DNA from: a virus
Lineage: Duplodnaviria; Heunggongvirae; Uroviricota; Caudoviricetes
Virus record (IMG/VR): IMGVR_UViG_3300045988_146577
Direction: 5' to 3' (one strand)
DNA length: 64,000 nucleotides
Position numbers and translations under genes: made by a program. Below, one piece after another: positions 60,995-64,000 of the stretch. Numbering within the stretch: position 1 is the first letter of the stretch; each line of letters starts with the position of its first letter. The notes under the pieces were generated by a model that made no database searches, was not told the origin of the DNA, and saw nothing but the letters and a program-made list of their open reading frames with translations.

Positions 60995-61185
60995 TAGCCG
61001 CAACTCTCCCTCTCGCTATACCGGTACGCCGCCGTTCCTGAACCGGCATCGAGCCTTTTCCCGAAATCCACACAGGCAACTCGACCGTTTCCCTGAAAAC
61101 CTCCAGCCGTTCCCCGAAGGCAACCCAGCCGTTTCTGTAGCGGGATGCAGCCTTTTCCCTGTATGGACCGAAGGCTGACCGTAGG
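60995..61185. repeat. iteron cluster 2 (6 copies of CCGTTTCC-like motif)
   Basis: CGCCGTTCCTG, AGCCTTTTCCCG, GACCGTTTCCCTG, AGCCGTTCCCCG, AGCCGTTTCTG, AGCCTTTTCCCTG at ~20-30 nt spacing. Confidence 0.6.
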
Positions 61186-61225
61186 GGTGTTACGGGGGGG
61201 TAAAATCAGGAGTTGAATAAATACG

Positions 61226-61248
61226 AAAAAGGAGGCGACACCCCTCCT
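61226..61248 (-). terminator. terminator-like hairpin ending the transcript of the GT-skewed region
   Basis: AGGAGG/CCTCCT stem with 7-nt loop followed by U5 on minus strand. Confidence 0.4.
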
Positions 61249-61249
61249 T

Positions 61250-62110
61250 CCCTCCCCACTTATACATACCTGTCTTGTTCGCTATACATGTTGTGTTTTC
61301 TTCGTGTTTTATCTGTCTCAACCTCTCTATAGGCGTTAATGCTCACTCCTTCCAGAACGTTCTATACGGCGACTATTTCTGTTGGTGAATTGGGTGTGTT
61401 GTTTTCTCTGTCGGTGTATGTAGTTTCATTAGTTTTGCGGTGGTTCTTCTATGGGGTGTTCTCGTCGTTTTGGTGATTGTTCTTCTCCGTGTATGGAGTA
61501 ATGACAGGTGGGCGATTGCTTTCGTTATTGTGTTTGAGTTGTTTGTCTGGAGTGTGAAAGGCTTTTGTAGTTATTCGTGTATTGGGTAATGGCGTTTCCC
61601 GTGATTGTTATGTTTCGTGTCTTTTGGGATTGAGAGAAACCTTGCGGTTACAGGCTTCGTTGGGGTTTCAGTGATTCTGATGTTTCTTCGCTGTTTGGGT
61701 AATGGCGTGTCGTGAGTATCGCGCGTATGGAAGTTTCGAATTGCCTGTGAAAGTTAGGTTGGTTGTCCGGTAGCCTGGGAAGAAGAGGTGGGTCTTTTCG
61801 GTAGCCTGCCATAAAGAGGTTGGTTGTTTTGGGAATGGCATATGTGTTATTTAGTTGTTTTGTTATGCCTGAAAATAAGTTGTTTATATGGTTATGTAAC
61901 GCAACGGGAACGATTTTGAGCGTGTGTTTTTGTTGGTAGTGTGTTGGGTCGTCTGTGGTGAAAATTGGACGCTGTGGCGCTGTCTGCTGCGTAGAATTAC
62001 GGGTATAAGCTGTGATGTGTGGAAACGTCAATTTTTTAGACCAAATCGGGTGAAAGCGTTGATGTTTCGTTGATCTGTTATTCAGTTGTTTTCTTGATTG
62101 TATAAACAAC
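61250..62110 (-). ncRNA. candidate long non-coding transcript from GT-skewed (plus strand) region; transcript would be CA-rich and G-poor
   Basis: ~860 bp with strong G+T skew on plus strand, internal short repeats, no credible ORF; promoter-like motif near 62080-62110 and terminator at 61226-61248, both minus-strand. Confidence 0.3.
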
Positions 62111-62219
62111 TATAACTTATTGATATTTAAGGATGTGATTGCGGGTATGGAAGGGGAGTAGTGGCGATCAACGGATTCTTATAGAAAAGAATCAAATTGT
62201 GACCGCCATTATCAATGTT

Positions 62220-62954
62220 TTACTTAGTTTTGTTTAGCAGAGAGAGAATTTCATCACTAATTTCACTCGCCTGTTTGATAGCCAATGCAGTTACCTCTTC
62301 TATGGTTGGTGACTGTTGATGCTCATGTTTGGTTTCAGTTATGACAATGTGTTCTTCACCTGAATTTGCGCATAGTGCCGCATTGACTATAAGGTTTGAG
62401 TAAGAATTTAGCAGAGCACTGTTGATAAACGCTTTCACGGTATTACTGTCTGCACCAAATACATCTTTTCTGACCGCTTCAGCCTCACAGCGAACCCCTG
62501 CAGCAACATCGTGAAGAACATGTATGGCCTTGGAGCTTGTTTGTTCACAGTACTCAATCATTATTGTCGAATTGTTCTGTTCAACAAATGATCTGATGCC
62601 TGACGATTCACCCATAGCATCGAAGGCAGCGTGACTCGCACTAGTAGAGATATCTTCATAGAGTTCTTCATCGCTATCTTTTTCTTCAGGTGTCGAGGTG
62701 TCTTCATCGTCGTAATAGATATTGCCTTTAATCAGTGTTTTGGATACTTGATATAAACAATAAGAGACAAGATTTAAGCATTGGATTTTAGCTGTATTGT
62801 CCTTTGTCGCCTCGCTCTTCAGTTCTTTCGCTTCTTCAGTAAGGCTGTTGATAAGACTTTGTATTTTTTCCAACGCGTTAGGTGCACACTCCGCGTTGTC
62901 CATAAAGAATTTATAACCAGTTCCAGGGATTTCTAAACTTTTCAACTTTTTCAT
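62220..62954 (-). CDS. hypothetical protein
   Basis: 244 aa ORF, acidic. Confidence 0.5.
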   Translation of the reverse strand: MKKLKSLEIPGTGYKFFMDNAECAPNALEKIQSLINSLTEEAKELKSEATKDNTAKIQCLNLVSYCLYQVSKTLIKGNIYYDDEDTSTPEEKDSDEELYEDISTSASHAAFDAMGESSGIRSFVEQNNSTIMIEYCEQTSSKAIHVLHDVAAGVRCEAEAVRKDVFGADSNTVKAFINSALLNSYSNLIVNAALCANSGEEHIVITETKHEHQQSPTIEEVTALAIKQASEISDEILSLLNKTK

Positions 62955-62999
62955 TTCTTTGATAATCCTAAAAACAAACTACCAATGCTTTAATATCTG

Positions 63000-63296
63000 T
63001 TACCAGTTCCAGCACTCAAGCCCTTCAACGACCGGTGCACCACAATCAAAATGTACAGAGTCAAAGCCTACATCAAGTACTTTCTGAATGTTAGCAATCG
63101 CGCCTTCGGATATACCATATCGACGCAAGTCGTCTTTCCAGACATCATCCTGTAACCCGGCGTGGACAATACAACCGCCATCAATTTGTGAAACCCAATC
63201 CAGCTCATTGCTTGCGATCATGAATCGGCGAGCATCTTCCTCTGATGTATGAGATGAGCTGATCAATGCCACCTGGTAGGCTTGGGTAATGTTCAA
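63000..63296 (-). CDS. hypothetical protein
   Basis: Start re-assigned to ATG near 63296 after SD GGAGTGG; about 98 aa; two motif-A copies upstream. Confidence 0.5.
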   Translation of the reverse strand: MNITQAYQVALISSSHTSEEDARRFMIASNELDWVSQIDGGCIVHAGLQDDVWKDDLRRYGISEGAIANIQKVLDVGFDSVHFDCGAPVVEGLECWNW

Positions 63297-63310
63297 CATT
63301 TCAACCACTC

Positions 63311-63376
63311 CAAAACAAGTTGTTTTCTTATGTGGTTTATTATCTCCATCAACAAAAGGCAGAAAACAAATTGTTT
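63311..63376 (-). promoter_or_regulatory. two copies of operator motif A
   Basis: AAAACAAGTTGTTTTCTT and AGAAAACAAATTGTTTT. Confidence 0.5.
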
Positions 63377-63460
63377 TAGGTACTGTGTAAATCAGAAGGG
63401 ATTGTGTCTATATGAAAATGCCCGGCGTGTTGCCGGGCATTGCGAAGAGAGGTTGTTTAA

Positions 63461-64000
63461 TTACTTAACCTGGTGGCCAGGTTTAGCACCAGCATCCGGG
63501 CTTAACAGGAAGATATCTTTCCCACCGGGGCCAGCAGCCATCACCATACCTTCGGAGATACCGAAGCGCATTTTACGCGGAGCCAGGTTAGCCACCATAA
63601 TGGTGTGACGACCAATCAGTGCCTGTGGGTCTGGATAAGCAGAACGGATGCCTGAGAAGACATTGCGTTTTTCACCACCTAGATCCAGCGTCAGACGCAG
63701 CAGTTTGTCAGAGCCTTCAACAAACTCCGCGTTTTCAATCAGCGCCACGCGCAGGTCAACTTTGGCGAAGTCATCAAAGGTGATGGTTTCCTGAATCGGA
63801 TCGTCTGCCAGCGGGCCAGTAACTGGCGCGGCAGTGGCTTTCACTTCTTCTTTAGAGGCTTCCACCAGTGCTTCAACCTGCTTCATGTCGATGCGGTTAT
63901 ACAGTGCTTTGAACGGATTAACTTTGTGCGCCAGCAGCGGTTGCTGGATGCCATCCCAGGTCAGTTCCGTATTGAGGAATGCTTCTGCACGCTCGGTCAG
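63461..64000 (-). CDS. metG: methionyl-tRNA synthetase, C-terminal part (partial; 5' end beyond window)
   Basis: Translation ...[30 protein letters not shown]...[19 protein letters not shown]...PGHQVK matches enterobacterial MetG C-terminal tRNA-binding domain from memory; GCCCGGCAACACGCCGGGC hairpin just downstream. Confidence 0.85.
   Translation of the reverse strand: MTERAEAFLNTELTWDGIQQPLLAHKVNPFKALYNRIDMKQVEALVEASKEEVKATAAPVTGPLADDPIQETITFDDFAKVDLRVALIENAEFVEGSDKLLRLTLDLGGEKRNVFSGIRSAYPDPQALIGRHTIMVANLAPRKMRFGISEGMVMAAGPGGKDIFLLSPDAGAKPGHQVK

Noticed and set aside
60990-61178. 62-aa plus-strand ORF
   Set aside because: Coincides exactly with iteron cluster 2; the repeats create the open frame.
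61648-62109. 153-aa minus-strand ORF in the GT-skewed region
   Set aside because: Composition dominated by T/P/Q/N/H with no motifs or SD context; better explained as a chance ORF in a compositionally skewed non-coding region.
1-64000. rRNA genes, insertion sequences or transposases
   Set aside because: No transposase-like translations with terminal inverted repeats and no rRNA-like conserved stretches were seen.

Overview
Almost the whole window is one large temperate phage-like element (prophage or phage-plasmid-like), ending on the right next to the 3' end of chromosomal metG (63461-64000, minus strand). Nearly all genes are on the minus strand. Right to left: an early/accessory region of small genes driven by a repeated palindromic promoter-operator motif, with two iteron clusters and a ~0.9 kb GT-skewed non-coding stretch (57.4-63.4 kb); an AT-rich plus-strand island of unknown genes (52.7-57 kb); an SF2 helicase divergent from an unusual five-gene operon (ParB-like x2, ABC-type ATPase, GNAT-fold protein, wHTH; 47.9-51.1 kb); packaging and head genes (41.4-47.7 kb); a lambda-like tail module including tape measure, M/L/K/I, J-like central fibre and Stf-like side fibre (21.3-38.8 kb); a lysis cassette; a GNAT/DUF1778-type toxin-antitoxin pair beside ParA; a replication module (DnaB-like helicase, primase, ATP-dependent ligase); four clustered phage-borne tRNAs; glutaredoxin; tyrosine integrase with an SOS-box-like site; and a vWA protein, an AAA+ ATPase and the start of a DnaE-like polymerase at the left edge. 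All calls rest on reading the translations and motifs by eye; no database search was run. The strongest candidate for an undescribed system is the ParB-ParB-ATPase-GNAT-wHTH operon; other candidates are the AAA+/vWA pair, the iteron-flanked non-coding region and two dispersed operator families.
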